From the human T2T-CHM13v2.0 reference genome, Homo sapiens, in NCBI RefSeq assembly GCF_009914755.1, contig NC_060926.1: 64,000 bases of DNA; one strand, given 5' to 3'. Shown one piece after another: positions 13,792-26,860 of the stretch. How positions within the stretch are numbered: position 1 is the first letter of the stretch; every line of letters begins with the position of its first letter. The position numbers and the translations under genes were made by a program. The notes under the pieces were generated by a model. The model had not been told where the DNA came from and ran no database searches. It saw only the letters and a list, made by a program, of their open reading frames with translations.

Positions 13792-14844
13792 TGTTTGTTT
13801 CTAGAGAAGATAAAAAATTCCACTTCATTTCTAAATCCCCTAGGAGTTCACTGGCCAATAGGACTCCCTTTGGGGGCTTTGGGGGCTTCTCCCATCTCGG
13901 CTAAGGGACAGCTCAAACAGGAAGGCAGGATAGGTCAAACTCATTTGCAGTAGGAGTTGGGTTGAATTGTGTAAGACAAAAGTACACTTTGTTATGTGTG
14001 ATTAATTGTCACAGTTCCTGAATGTCAGCACGGACAGAGCAGCAGAGTTGGCTTCTGGGACACAGTTTCCATCTGCTGTCCCTGCCTGGAAGGAGGCTTA
14101 GGTGGCTTGCCTAGCATGGACTTAGTGACCCCATCTCCTCTCCTCCCGGAGCCAGGCCAGAGCGGCTTTGCCGAAGTCTCGGATGAACTGTCAGGCTGGA
14201 GCAGTTCTTCATCCAGGGGCTGTTTCCTGCTCTAATTACTGCTCTTTCTTCTACAGCTGAGAGGAATTGGTGGGTGGATGTGGGAGAGGTGAGCTAATGC
14301 GATGACATTTTGACAAGTGTGTTACAATAAAAAATAACTCCCCTGGGAGAAGGTTAATGCAGTTATCACCACGTTCATGTTGGCAGCCTTAGATCTGTGC
14401 CTGGTTGGGGCAGGATGCTTTGCTTTTCTCGTGCAGACCAAGTCTCACCCACATTCTAATGGCTAGTGCTTAAATTTTTTTCCAGAAACATCTATGAAGA
14501 ATAAATATCGTGCTCTGTTCATAGATTTTTCCACTTGGGCTTTTTGCTGTATTTCTTTATTCCATGATAAGCTACTTCTTTCCACCTACTAGTTAAGTAG
14601 GCTGCTTCCCTCTGCTCTCAGATGACATGTGGCTGAGGACTTCATACTAACATTAGCCTAAGTAAAAATATAATTAGTATTTTTAGTCTGCTTCCAAATT
14701 AAATCTTACCGTGCATGCTAAAAGAGACTACAGAGCATTTGGGATTTATTTGTTGTGTTGGATCTTCTATTCCTTGTTCTCCTCTTATTCATTTTTAGTA
14801 ATGTAGAATTTACTCTAGCTGGATTAGATATTTGCCATTAAGAA

Positions 14845-15300
14845 AAACAGCTTTATTGAGATGTAATTCACATGCCATGTAATTTGCCCTTTTAAAGTGT
14901 TCAACCTAGAGGCTTGCAGTATATTCACAGAGTTGTGTCCATCACCACAATACATTGTAGAATATTTTATCCTTTTTAGTACTGATGTGTATGAATCTGC
15001 CACGTTTTATTTATCCGTTCATTAGATGATGGACATTTGGGTTGTTTTCACTTTGGGGCTATTATGAACAATGCCGCTACAAGTATTTATGTGTAAGTGT
15101 CTGTTTGGTCTTAAGTTACGTTTCTCTTGTAGTGGAATGACCAGATCATGTGGTAACTCTGTTTAACCATTTAAGGAACTTCCAGGCTATTTACTAAAGT
15201 GGCTGCATCACTACCACCCAACAACATAGGAGAATTACAGTTCCCCATATCCTTGCCAACACATACTATGAACTGTCTTTTTGACTGTAGTCATCCTAGA
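14845..15300 (-). mobile_element. L1MB/ME-like 3' fragment
   Basis: cagctttattgagatgtaattcacat...gatggacatttgggttgttttca. Confidence 0.75.
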
Positions 15301-15329
15301 AGGATCATTTTTTCAGAGTTGGAAAATGG

Positions 15330-15548
15330 TAGAGAGTAGTTGCTAAAAGTATAAATATGGCTCAGGTTAGTACTTATCACTAACTGTGTTACCTGGCTGA
15401 GTCACTTAATTTCTCTGAGCCCTGGTCTGCCTATCTATCTGTAAATAGGAGATGGTTACACCTGTCCCGTAGGGTGCTTGTGAACACTGACTGAGGGGGA
15501 AATGAAACAGCACAGCGTCTCCCATGCTGTAATGTTCAATAAGCGTGG
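15330..15548 (+). mobile_element. MIR
   Basis: actaactgtgttacctggctgagtcacttaatttctctgagcc...tctgtaaatagg...gttcaataa. Confidence 0.6.
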
Positions 15549-15814
15549 ACCTTTCTCATCATGCCTAAAAGGAGACCAACTGTGAGTCTCTGCCCCTCCT
15601 TCTACCCTGTCCATCCCTTCTTTCTGGAAAGGGGTGATTGATTAACAATGTTTTAGAGAAATGTGGGATCATCCAAAGCAAAGATGAGTGGATAGGAAGC
15701 ATCATGGTGATGGAACCAGGAGCTCTATGAGCTGTTTCTGGATATTCCCTGATGATAATTAAAGGGTCCCCTAAACACAGCTGAGACTTCCATTTTATAC
15801 TTGAAAACTAAATT

Positions 15815-17150
15815 TTAATGCAAAATTTTATCGAGGTTCAATTTATACACAGTAGAATTCACACTTTTTGGTTTACAGTTCTGTGAGTTTTGACAAACAA
15901 CTGCAGTTGAGTGAGCACCACTGAGACAGGAGAGTTCCCTTACCCCTTTGTGAGACTTGCGATAGGGGTGTGGCTTGCTTACTTGGCCACCATGTGCTCA
16001 AACCCCTTGCAGGATGGGAAGCACGCAGATGAGTGGGTGCTGGGGCCGGAGCTAGTGCTTTTGGGCTCCATCCCACAGCAGTGGCGAGGGGTGTGTTACA
16101 ATTAATGCTCCTTTAGCAGTTGCTGTCCATGGATGGCTAGGTGTTAACCAGCTCAGTGGACAGTCAGGGTGACAGCTTCTTACACCTTGTCCTCTTGGTA
16201 CCCAGGTTCTTGTCCAGCACCCTGGAAGAATCAGGTCTCATGGACTTGAAGGATGGTGAATGCAGAGGTTGTATTGAGTGATGGAGGTGGCTCTCAGTGG
16301 GTTGGGGACCTGGAAAGGGGAGAGAGTGGGAAGATAATCTTCCCCTGGAGTTTGGCTGTCCCCAGCTGAACTCCTCTCTGACCATCCCCAGCTGAATTCC
16401 TTTCAATGTTCAGACACTTCGTGTCTTCCCTCCTCTGCTGCACTGCTCTACTTCTCTGCCAGTGCAGTTTGGGGGTTTTATAGGTACAGGATGGGGGTGT
16501 GGTGGGCCAGGGTGGTTTTGGAAAAAGCAACATTTGAGTGGGAAAACAGGGATAACTGTTCTCATTTAGGGCCATGGTGTCCAGGCTTGAGGGTGGGGCC
16601 TTTGCCGGGGAACCACCCTCTTCTACCCAGTATTTCCCTGCCTCCTGTTCGTATCACCACCACACTCAAGATGCAGAGCTCTATCCTTTTGGCTCGGAAT
16701 ATTCATCAGCTGTGGCCACCCTGGCAGTCCCACATCAGCTTTCTGTTCCTGCCGTTTTGCATTTCCAGAATGCCATATAAATAGGATCACAGAGTATGTA
16801 GCTCTTGAGTCTGGCTTCTCTCACTTATGTAGCACATTTGCGATTGGTCTGCATTGTTTTGTCTATCAGTAGGGTGTTCCTCTTTATTGCTGCATAATAT
16901 TCCATCATATGGAGGTACCACAGTTTGCATATCCATTTAACACTGAAGGATATTTGAATTGTTTCCAGTTTTTGGCAGTCATTGATAAAGCCACAGTAAA
17001 CATTGACATGAAGGTTTTTGTGTTAATATGTTTCCATTTCTCTTGGATAAATATTAACATTTAGGAGTAGAATTGCTGGATCATAAGGTGAATGTGTGTT
17101 TAATTTCCTTATAGGAAATGCCAGATTGTTTTTCAAAATAGCTATACCAT
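15815..17150 (-). mobile_element. L1ME/MD-like 3' fragment interrupted by an LTR
   Basis: L1 text stops at ...gagcaccac (15921) and resumes ccaccacactcaagat (16657). Confidence 0.7.
15922..16656 (-). mobile_element. LTR1-family solo LTR (ERV1, HUERS-P2 type)
   Basis: TG...CA ends; 4-bp TSD ccac at 15918-15921 and 16657-16660; reverse complement starts tgatacgaacaggaggcagggaaatactgggtagaagagg. Confidence 0.8.
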
Positions 17151-17519
17151 GAAGTTAATAGTATTTTAATCAATAATAGGCCATTGGAATCTCTGAATTT
17201 GTTATTAGTCAGTTACTTTTCTGAATGGACTAGATTCTGAAACTGTTACTAAGGATGCCAGTAAATGCACCTTTCATGGACAGTTCATATAGGAAAACTT
17301 TAGGTTAGATGAAGTGAAACTGTTTCTTTATTGCAGGATTCTTAGTGCCTAAAACATAAGGCCCTTAAGGGGACAGATGAAACAGGCAATTTCTCTAAAT
17401 TTTTTTGACCACGAATGTCTCATGGAGCTAGTGTTCTTTGGAACCAATTTTGGGGAACACTGGGCTAGAGAACACACATTCTTCTCAGCGAGTAGCTTGT
17501 ATTTTATCTGAAACATTTC

Positions 17520-17858
17520 TGTATTGGTCAGGATAGGCTCTGTTGTGCTGCAGTAACAGGCTGCCCTCGTTGACAGCTGTTTAAAACAATAAATGTTTGT
17601 TTCTCATTCACGCTGTTAGATTATCTCAGCAGGCACAGGGCTCTGCTTCTTGTTGATCTCACAGGGGTGTGGGCTGATGAGAAGAGAGTGAGGCTGATAG
17701 CACACAGGCTCTTGGAGTCTTCTGTGTGGGAGCAGCACACACCACGTTTATTTGCTGAAACAAATTACATCTTCACACCTGACTTCCTGGGGAAATTCAA
17801 CCATGATATGTTCCTGAGAAAAAGAGAGATGGAATATTGAACAGTTCTAGTTGCCACC
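17520..17858 (-). mobile_element. MLT1-type MaLR LTR remnant
   Basis: tgtattggtcaggataggctctgttgtgctgcagtaaca...tttaaaacaataaatgtttgtttctc. Confidence 0.55.
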
Positions 17859-18891
17859 TCAGATTCTAAAGGATTCAGGGCAAACTAGTTTGTTCCATTT
17901 TGTGTTTCTGTGTATCTGAGTTGTTGTATGAGTGTCCTAACCTCAGCACCTGTTGTCACCAGATCCCAACGTTTGACTATGGCATATCTTTATCTGATAT
18001 CTTTAGAAGCTGCCCTGGTCCCTTCAGCCCAGTAGGCCATCATGTTCTCCTTTATGGTGAGGCAGAGCTTTAGAACCAGACCACAGAGCAATAAGCAGTA
18101 CGGTTTTAGAGTTGGGAGGGGGGCCCTGGGAAGACTGTCTGGCCCATGGTTTCTAAACACTTCAGAGCGGGAGGAACCTGTCTTCTAATGAAGGTTTAAG
18201 GACAGCGAGCATGTAAAATAGATCAACCCTGAATAGTTCTGGGAGGACTGGTTGGTGGGCCAAGAATTCTCACTGCAAGGTCTTTCTTCTCCCCTCCCCC
18301 TTCCTACCTCCTCTTCATCCACCCTAGGGATCTCTAAGGGCCACTAAAGAGACCAGTTTGAGAGACCCTAATCTTTTCAAAGCCTTTGTGTGTGTTAGCT
18401 GAGGAGAGTGACTAGGTACCATACAAATCAGGTTACTTTTGAGAGCAAGGGGCCCTATTAACCCTCATGCCAGGACAACAGGTGTGGGTGGCACATGGGG
18501 CCATCTGGTCACCTGGAGAGCAAGAAGCAGGTGCTGCTGGAAGTGACTGGTAAGATGGTTCTCCTGGGTTTGAGAGATGCCATGGCATGGGCCTCGAAGG
18601 CTGTTGTTTGTTTGTTTTGCTTTTGCTGTTTTTTGGTGTCATTAGAGGGAGAGAGGGAGAGTGTACGTGTCTACCAACATAAAGATTGAAGGTGTGCAGT
18701 CGAGGCATCCCTGTGGGAAGTGTGAGCTCTGATGACAACACTTGTTAGACTCTCTACTGAGCCCCTCTCTCCCTGTTCTTATTTCATCTTCACGTGCACT
18801 CGGCACCAGGGTGGGCCTCCTCTCCTACATGCTTGACTGATAAAACCTCTTAACCCTGCCAAGCCAGATTGCACAGGAGAGGGCCTTCTAA

Positions 18892-19084
18892 GCTCACTGC
18901 CCTTACTTTAAGAGGCTGTGGGGTTGGTTTCACCTTGACCTATTATAATATGCATGCTCACTGCCTTTACTTTAAGAGGCTGTGGGGTTGGTTTCACCTT
19001 GACCTATTATAATATGCATGCTCACTGCCCTTACTTTAAGAGGCTGTGGGGTTGGTTTCGCCTTGACCTATTATAATATGCATG
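18892..19084. repeat. Tandem triplication of a 64-bp unit
   Basis: Units at 18892-18955, 18956-19019, 19020-19083; copies 2 and 3 each differ from copy 1 by one substitution. Confidence 0.98.
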
Positions 19085-20480
19085 AAGCTATTCACATTTT
19101 GAACCTCTCCAAGATCAATAGTTTATTTCTGGGGGACATTTTTAGAACTCTTAATCACTGCCAAAAGAAAGAAAACTTTCTGGAAGTGAAAACTGCCTCC
19201 CAATTACAATGTAATATACTTGCCTTTGGACCTCTTATTAATGACCAAATTCCCCTCGGTCCTAAAGTCCAGGTTGTTTCTGCATGCAGTGTCGGGGCAG
19301 GGGAATAATGAGCAATGCCCAGCAGTGCCTCCAGAGTGTGCGAGCATCCCAGTGAAGCACTCTGGAAGAGCTCCCATGTCATTGGAGTAAGCTGTGCATC
19401 ACTTCCATTCTCTTTCTCCTCAAACTTCACCTTGAGCACACAGCTGTGAGCCGTGTTTTTTAGGAATCAGAAAAGGTGGTCTTCTTGGGTCAGTGCATTG
19501 TAGGAAATAAATGGTATATTTTGTTTTGGTTATTTCTTTGCATACACTTGGTTGAAGATGACAATGAATGAGGGCTTTATTTTGTTGAGAAACAGGGACA
19601 GTACCATTAACATTACCACGAGAAGATGCTGCCCAAATGGGGAGATTAAAGACGCCTAAAGGTCAAGGTCGAAGAAAGGAAATCCCAGGTGACACTGCCC
19701 CTTATTTTATTCTTACAGCATGGACTGTTTCCTGTTTGCAAACTGGTGCTGCCCTGAAGTGAGGGGTGAGCCTTCTTAGCCAGGAAACAGCCTATACATT
19801 TAAGAGGACTCTCCTCAGAGATCAAAATTGCAGGTACAGTCTCCGGCTGTGAAACGCTGCAGTGACCTGTACTTACAGCTCAGGGGACAAGGCATAAGTA
19901 TAGTTCTAGGGCAGGGAGAGGCAGTCCCCAGAGAAATTTCAACTGGCCTAAGGGTTTAATATTAAAGACCCTGGACACAGAAAGATCAGGGGAAGCTAAA
20001 CTTAGAAGGTAGAGAAGCCAACACAAATGAAAGCAGTGACATCATCTCACTGCAAACAATGTTAAAATAAGAAATAAACAAGAATGTCAGGCCAAAAGAC
20101 AAAATACACATGGAGGAAAGATGTTCACGGAATAGATTTTAAAGAGTTAATATTTGTAATATATGAACACTCTGTTAAAAGTGGTTGTTTAAAACTACTA
20201 AAACCAGACCACCAGCAAAGAATGTATAGAAATAAGTCAGTAGAGGAACTGACAATAATTAATGTTGGAAGACATTTATCTTTATCAGAAAACATGGAGA
20301 AATGTTTGATCTTGGTAATCAAAGAGGTACACATTGAAAAAAAATGTTGTTTCTCAGCTTTCAAAGTAACAAAGAGTATAAAAAAGTGCACAGTCTTAAC
20401 AAGTCTATGGAGAAGGTTGGTGGAAGGCTGGTGAAATAATGCTTTTGGGAACCAGCATGATGGATTGGAAGTCTTTAAAA

Positions 20481-20705
20481 CAAGCTTGTCCAACCCGCGG
20501 CCTGCAGGCTGCATGTGGCCCAGGGAATGGCTTTGAATGTGACCCAACACAAATTCGCAAACTTTCTTAAAACATTATGAGATTTTTGTGTGTGTGAATT
20601 TTTTTTAAAGCTCATCGGCTATTGTTAGTGTTAGTATATTTTATGTGAGGCCCAAGACGGTTCTTCCAGTGTGGCCCAGGGAAGACAAAAGATTGGACAC
20701 TCCTA
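20481..20705 (-). mobile_element. MER30 (hAT-Charlie MITE)
   Basis: caagcttgtccaacccgcggcc...aaaagattggacactcct; 8-bp TSD ctttaaaa / cttttaaa at 20473-20480 and 20706-20713. Confidence 0.85.
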
Positions 20706-20944
20706 CTTTTAAATGCCCGTGTCTTTGATTTAGCGATGACATCTGGGGATCTTCCAAAAGAAAATCATCCTGAAAACAAACACAAAAAACAAATACTTTC
20801 TACACAAAGTTTCCATTTTAGTATAAAATAAAGCAAAAAATGAAGAACAACTTGGATATTATTAATAGTGTGGAGATTGCTAAATAAGCTATGGTATATA
20901 AATTAACTTAGTGTTATGCCACCAAATTAAAATGGTTTTTATGA

Positions 20945-21207
20945 CCACGCAATGGCTCATGCTTGTAATCCTAGCACTTGAGGTCAGGAGTTCAAAATCA
21001 GCCTGGGAAACATGATGAGGCCCCATCTCTACAAAATATTAAAAAATTAGCCAAGCATGGTGGCATCTGCCTGTAATCCCAGGTGGAGCTGAGGCAGGAG
21101 CATTTCTTGAGCCTTGGAGTTGGAGGCTGCAGTGAACCATGATCATGCGGGTGCACTCTAGCTTGGGTGACAGAGTGAAGCCTGTCTCTTAAAAAAAAAT
21201 AATAAAA
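20945..21207 (+). mobile_element. AluJ-like element with internal deletions
   Basis: TSD taaaatggtttttatga at 20928-20944 and 21208-21224; left arm deleted between cactt microhomologies. Confidence 0.9.
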
Positions 21208-21437
21208 TAAAATGGTTTTTATGAAGACTAATTCAATAGAAAAGTGTTGGCTCTAAAAATGAAGCAGGATACCAGATGGCAAGTACACTAATATCACTGT
21301 ATTTTTAAAAATCTTATAAATCTATGCACAGAGACAAGGCTGGAAGACAACTACCAGAGCATGACAGCTAGATTGTGGGTGCTTTAAAAAATTTTCTCTT
21401 TTTCTTTAATTTATACATTTCTTGTTTGTTATGTATA

Positions 21438-21439
<2 letters not shown>

Positions 21440-21485
<46 letters not shown>
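21440..21485. repeat. (TG)23 microsatellite
   Basis: Uninterrupted TG run in the tail position of the adjacent antisense Alu stub. Confidence 0.97.
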
Positions 21486-21487
<2 letters not shown>

Positions 21488-21543
21488 AGTGAGACAGAGC
21501 CTCACCTTGTTGCCCAGGCTGGAGTGCAGTGGTGCGATCTCTG
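21488..21543 (-). mobile_element. Alu 3' stub (~55 bp)
   Basis: gagacagagcctcaccttgttgcccaggctggagtgcagtggtgcgatctc. Confidence 0.85.
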
Positions 21544-23094
21544 CTGGAAACTGGAAACTTTGGAGGGGACATTTTTTCAGGAATTCTTTTTCGCATTATG
21601 GATGCCACTGTTTCAGAGTTTCTTAAACCCAGAGTGTGATGAATGGAGGAGGAGAGTGCTCACAGGATGGCCTCACTCCACAGAGGACCGGATGCCCTTG
21701 TTGCTCAAGACTTCCTTCCCCCAGGCAGCTGCTACATGCTTGCATCCTCTGTGGCTCTTGCAATACAGAGGCAAGGCCCCTGATGAAACCCGGCGAGGTG
21801 TGGTCTGCCCTGGAGGACAGCAGCCAGTGTGGGGGGCAGTCCCTTCTCTCTGTCCCAAGGGAGGATACAGCTCCACTGTGGTCACTGGCTCTATGTGAGG
21901 GGGTGCATGCATCAGAGACAACAGATGAGAGGGCCCTTCAGTTGGCTTTTCTGCCTCCAGTTCTTTCTGTTCATGAGAGGAAAAGCTACTGGTAGACAGA
22001 ACAATGTTAAATGTAATAAAAATAAGCAAGTTCCCTGGGTTTATGCAGTGCCAAATGTCAAGATGGTTGTATACAGGAGAAGACGTCCAAGACACGTCTT
22101 TTCCGAGTGTCCCAGAGCTCAGAACTCTGTGAGCACTTTGAGCTTCCCCAGACCTCTTTCTTCCCTGGGTGTGAGCCCTGCACAGTGCTCCGAAAAGAGC
22201 TGGGGTCCGTAAATACGGATGGCAAACAGCTCACCTGGGTTTCTCACATGGATTTGTTTTCTTGGGGGTCTCTGTATGGAAGCTTTTATCCCTTCCTAGG
22301 GGGCTATAGGAGTATTTTTGTTAAGATTCAATGGGTCATTTCCAAAGTAGTCATTTCTTTCTCCTCACACAAAAATGAACTGAATAAGAATAAGGATACA
22401 GTTTTCTAGTGAAAATTGGGGTCTTCCCTGCTCCTTGCCTCCAATCAAGTAAAAGCTTTTTAGAACAAACGGACTACAATATTCTGAAGTGATTTTGAAT
22501 TTGGCCCCATATTTGACTCTGCGGTCCGATGAGGGACACGGGGTTAGTGGGCAGACACCATTGTTTGCACACACGAGACTGGGTACAGAGCCAGGCGTGA
22601 TCATCCAGGATAACAGGGAGGAAAGAGAGGCCGATGAAGCCACTGATTTTTAAGAGCTTTCTTGGTGGAGTAATAGATTTTAGGGAGGGAGTTGCTCTGC
22701 CAAGTGCTCCAGCTTAAATGGAGCCACCTGTGGAAAGGAGCTGGCGGCACTGCTGTGGGAGTCCCTTGTCTTTGGGAGGGGTGTTTCACGGCCACCTGCC
22801 TTTCATCCCCACAGCTCACAGCAACTTACAGAATTTCCGACCGTCTCCTTGGAGACTTAGAGAAATGTGTGCTGAAGGTGAGGAGTCACTCAATCACTGG
22901 CAGCCAGGCGGAGGTGACTGATAGCAAAATGTGCTCTAGTTGTAGTGGGGCTTGCAGCTGGGTATCCTCTGTGGAATGCTTGCTGGCTCATGATAGATGA
23001 GTCACTTGTCTGTAGTGGTGGCCGGGGCTCTGGCCCAGACCCTTCTCTGTTTTCTTATGTGAGTGAAGGCTGTTGTATTGCATAGTGGGTGAAC

Positions 23095-23202
23095 CACACC
23101 TGGGGATTCTAGACTTGGCACTGCCCTCTCTTCTTGTGGAACCATGGATCACCCATTTATCACCTCTGGGCCTCAGTTTTCTCACATGCAAAATCAGGGT
23201 TG
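23095..23202 (+). mobile_element. MIR fragment
   Basis: cctctgggcctcagttttctcacatgcaaaatcaggg. Confidence 0.6.
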
Positions 23203-23203
23203 A

Positions 23204-23598
<395 letters not shown>

Positions 23599-24575
23599 TC
23601 AAACCTTCAGCTTCTCTAATATCCCCTGCCACTGACGGATTATTTCACACGAACCAGAGAGGCCATTAGGTGAGAATGCCTTCATCTTCCCTCCCTCCCA
23701 CCTCTGAGCACCCTTCTGTTTCCTTCTGAGCTTCTTCCTATTTCCTCCTGTCGTCCTTCTCCTCTCTAGACCCTGAGGGGTTTCTCTTCTCTTCTAAGGT
23801 TACTTCTTCCTACTGGACTCCTGACACCCCCACCCCCACCCCTGCCCTTGGGAACTTGATTCCATCTCTCTCTCTCTGTCTCTCTGTCTTGCTCCCCGCT
23901 TCTTTTCTCATGTTCCATCTTCTTTCTCCCTCACCTCCTTATAATCCACATCCAAACAAGTCCACATCTCCCCAAAAACTCCATGCCTCCCTTTTGGCCA
24001 AAAAGAACTCTATAGAGCATCAGAAGAATAATTACTAAAAATATATGTTTAAAATAAGTGGCCTTAGTAGTAAGCTCTGAGAATGAGAAGCTTCATTGTC
24101 TAGTAAGTTAATACAAATTAGTCGACAGTCAATGATGACAAGAAGAGAGCGAAATAAGTTTGTACTTACATACCTCAAAACAAAAACTCTCTGAAAAAGC
24201 AGTTTGTTTGTCTCTTGACCTAACAATTCCAGCCTAAGAATATAACAACAACAACAGAAAAGACAAATTCATTTGTAGTAATGGCCATTATAAAAGATGG
24301 ACGGATATTGGAGCATTTGAAGTGGAAAAAAAGTATACAAAATTCATCTTGCTGTGGGACCCTCTCCCCTTTTCTAGGGCCATATGGGTATAGATGCATT
24401 GGGGGAAAAAATGGCTGGAAGAAATACTTTAGGAATGTCCTTTTTTTTTCTTTATATCTTTTGAAATTTCCTACATAAGCTCGTATTACATTTTGTTGGC
24501 AGAAAATCAGATTTATAACCATCCGTCCTCCCTCCCACACAACCTTCTTCCCTCCCACTTGGCCTCAGGCATTGA

Positions 24576-24968
<393 letters not shown>

Positions 24969-25189
24969 TGACACCTGTGAGTGATCAGACTGGGAAAGAG
25001 GATTCCCTTTCCCAGTCCTTCGTCCTGCAAGTGGCTGGCTCTGGTGTAGACGGGGGTGTCATAGGTAGCCTGCCACACAGGGTGGCTCCTCTGTTCGCCT
25101 CCTGTTTTCCCTGGTCATGGTGGGCTCCCTGAGGAATCACTTCCCCTCTTGTCTGTGTTGGTGTCCTAGCTTAGGTGGCCCCTTTTCCT

Positions 25190-25332
25190 GCTGTTCTCAA
25201 CTTTGGTAGCACCTTGGCACCATCTGGGGAGCTTTGTAGTCCTGAGGCATGGGTTCCCCCTAGCAGTTTTAATGTCACCAATTGGGTGGAAGCCAGGCCT
25301 GGGAGTCTAGAAGCTCCCAGCTGAGTCTGCTG
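25190..25332. mobile_element. MER5A-like relic
   Basis: ctgttctcaactttggtagcaccttggcaccatctggggagcttt...aagctcccagctgagtct. Confidence 0.5.
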
Positions 25333-26489
25333 GCTGCTACACTGAGGACCTTGTCTCCTGTCTGTGTCGTGCCTCGTTGCAGATGGTCACACCCATAGAG
25401 CAGCCCGTGCCTAGAGTCCTGGGCCTTGGGGCTCAGAATGGGGCCAGGCCTTCCTGCTGAGCCGCCCCAGTGACACAGGCACTGATTGGCCACTGGAGAA
25501 GCGGGAGTGAATGGCAACAAGGCCAAGTGGGAAGCCTGTGTCTGCACTGACCACCGTGCCCCAGGCCGGCCTAGCCCAAAGAGACCTCCTGCTTTGACTT
25601 TTCCTTACTGGGCTGTGCCTACCTTGTGAAAACTCCAGTAAAATTAATCCAATGGCTGCTTGGCCAGACAGTCAGGACACATTTCGTGAGCCCTGGTCTG
25701 GGCTCAGAGGTTTGGAGTCCACAGCTGGGCCTTGATCTTCTTTCCCCAGTGACGTCCTCAGGCTGGGGTGTGGCAAGTTTGGAGAGGATGGGGACCCTCA
25801 CTCTGTGGCCCAAATAGAGCAATAGGGCCTTTTTCTTCTGCTTCAGATTATCTATTCTCACAAAGGGAACAGGCATCCAAAAACCTCACAGAACAGCATT
25901 AGGAAATCAGGAATTGCAGCCAAAGGACTCTTGTCCTCTGTGTGAGGCTGAGTCGGACTTCCGTGACTCATGGTTCTGTTATTCTGAGTGTTTGAGACTA
26001 TTAAGGAAATTGAATTTAGAGTGTCGTGATTTGTGAGAACAATGAAATCGGCTGTTCATATTCCTGTAGCGTCAGCAGCAGATGAGATGGGAGGTGTTGT
26101 CTTTCAGGCAGACAATTGGGAGCAGGCTATTGCCTTGTGCAGGTGTCTTGTAAGGGCTGAGGAAAGCTTCTTGAGGTCTGAGCAGTAGCTGAGAGGTCTG
26201 CAGATCCCCTGCCTCAGTAGAGGGACCCATCAGCAACTGCCAGTCCTGGGCCAGAGCCGGCGTCAGCCGTACACCGCATGGATCCTGAGACTCCCGTGTG
26301 CTTTTGCAGCCCTGAGATTCCATGTGCTTAGTCTCCTTCTGTTCACCCCTTACCAGATATTCCCGGGGCACATGCTGGAGTGCCTGTCCTTTCTTCTTGC
26401 ATCAAGTGTGTGGTGGCAAATGAGGAAGGGATTTTCGTATTCTCCTCGTGTGCATTCCAGCCAGGGAGGCCAATGAACAGGAAATGCTC

Positions 26490-26860
26490 ATGAAAAAAGT
26501 CAGATGGGGCAGGTGACATACAGGTAATTAACACCATGGGAACCTATAATGGAGAATGACAGAGAATGACTTTTATATTTGGTGGCTGGGGAACATTTTT
26601 AAAGAGATGGTGTCTAAACTGAGAGCTGAAGATATGAGTGGTGAGAAGGGGCCAGGGAGGCAAAGGTCGGGGACAATCGCCTGGTACAGGGAGACTAAGG
26701 AGAGATTGAGCATGGTGTTTTCAGAGAACCTCGGGGTGGCCCGAGTGGTTTTGCAATCCAGGAAAGGAGTTTGGGACATGTTCTCTGTGCGTTGGGAAGC
26801 CATTGAAAGGCTGTAATCAGGACAATACGTGATCTGGTTTGCTTTAGAAAGATCTTGAGT
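26490..26860 (-). mobile_element. L2 fragment
   Basis: aaactgagagctgaag...ttgggaagccattgaaagg...tgatctggtttgctttagaaagatc. Confidence 0.6.

Larger units (their letters stand above)
19850..21420 (+). mobile_element. Highly diverged L1ME-like fragment hosting MER30 and AluJ
   Basis: A-rich decayed ORF2/3'UTR-like sequence; boundaries uncertain. Confidence 0.45.
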
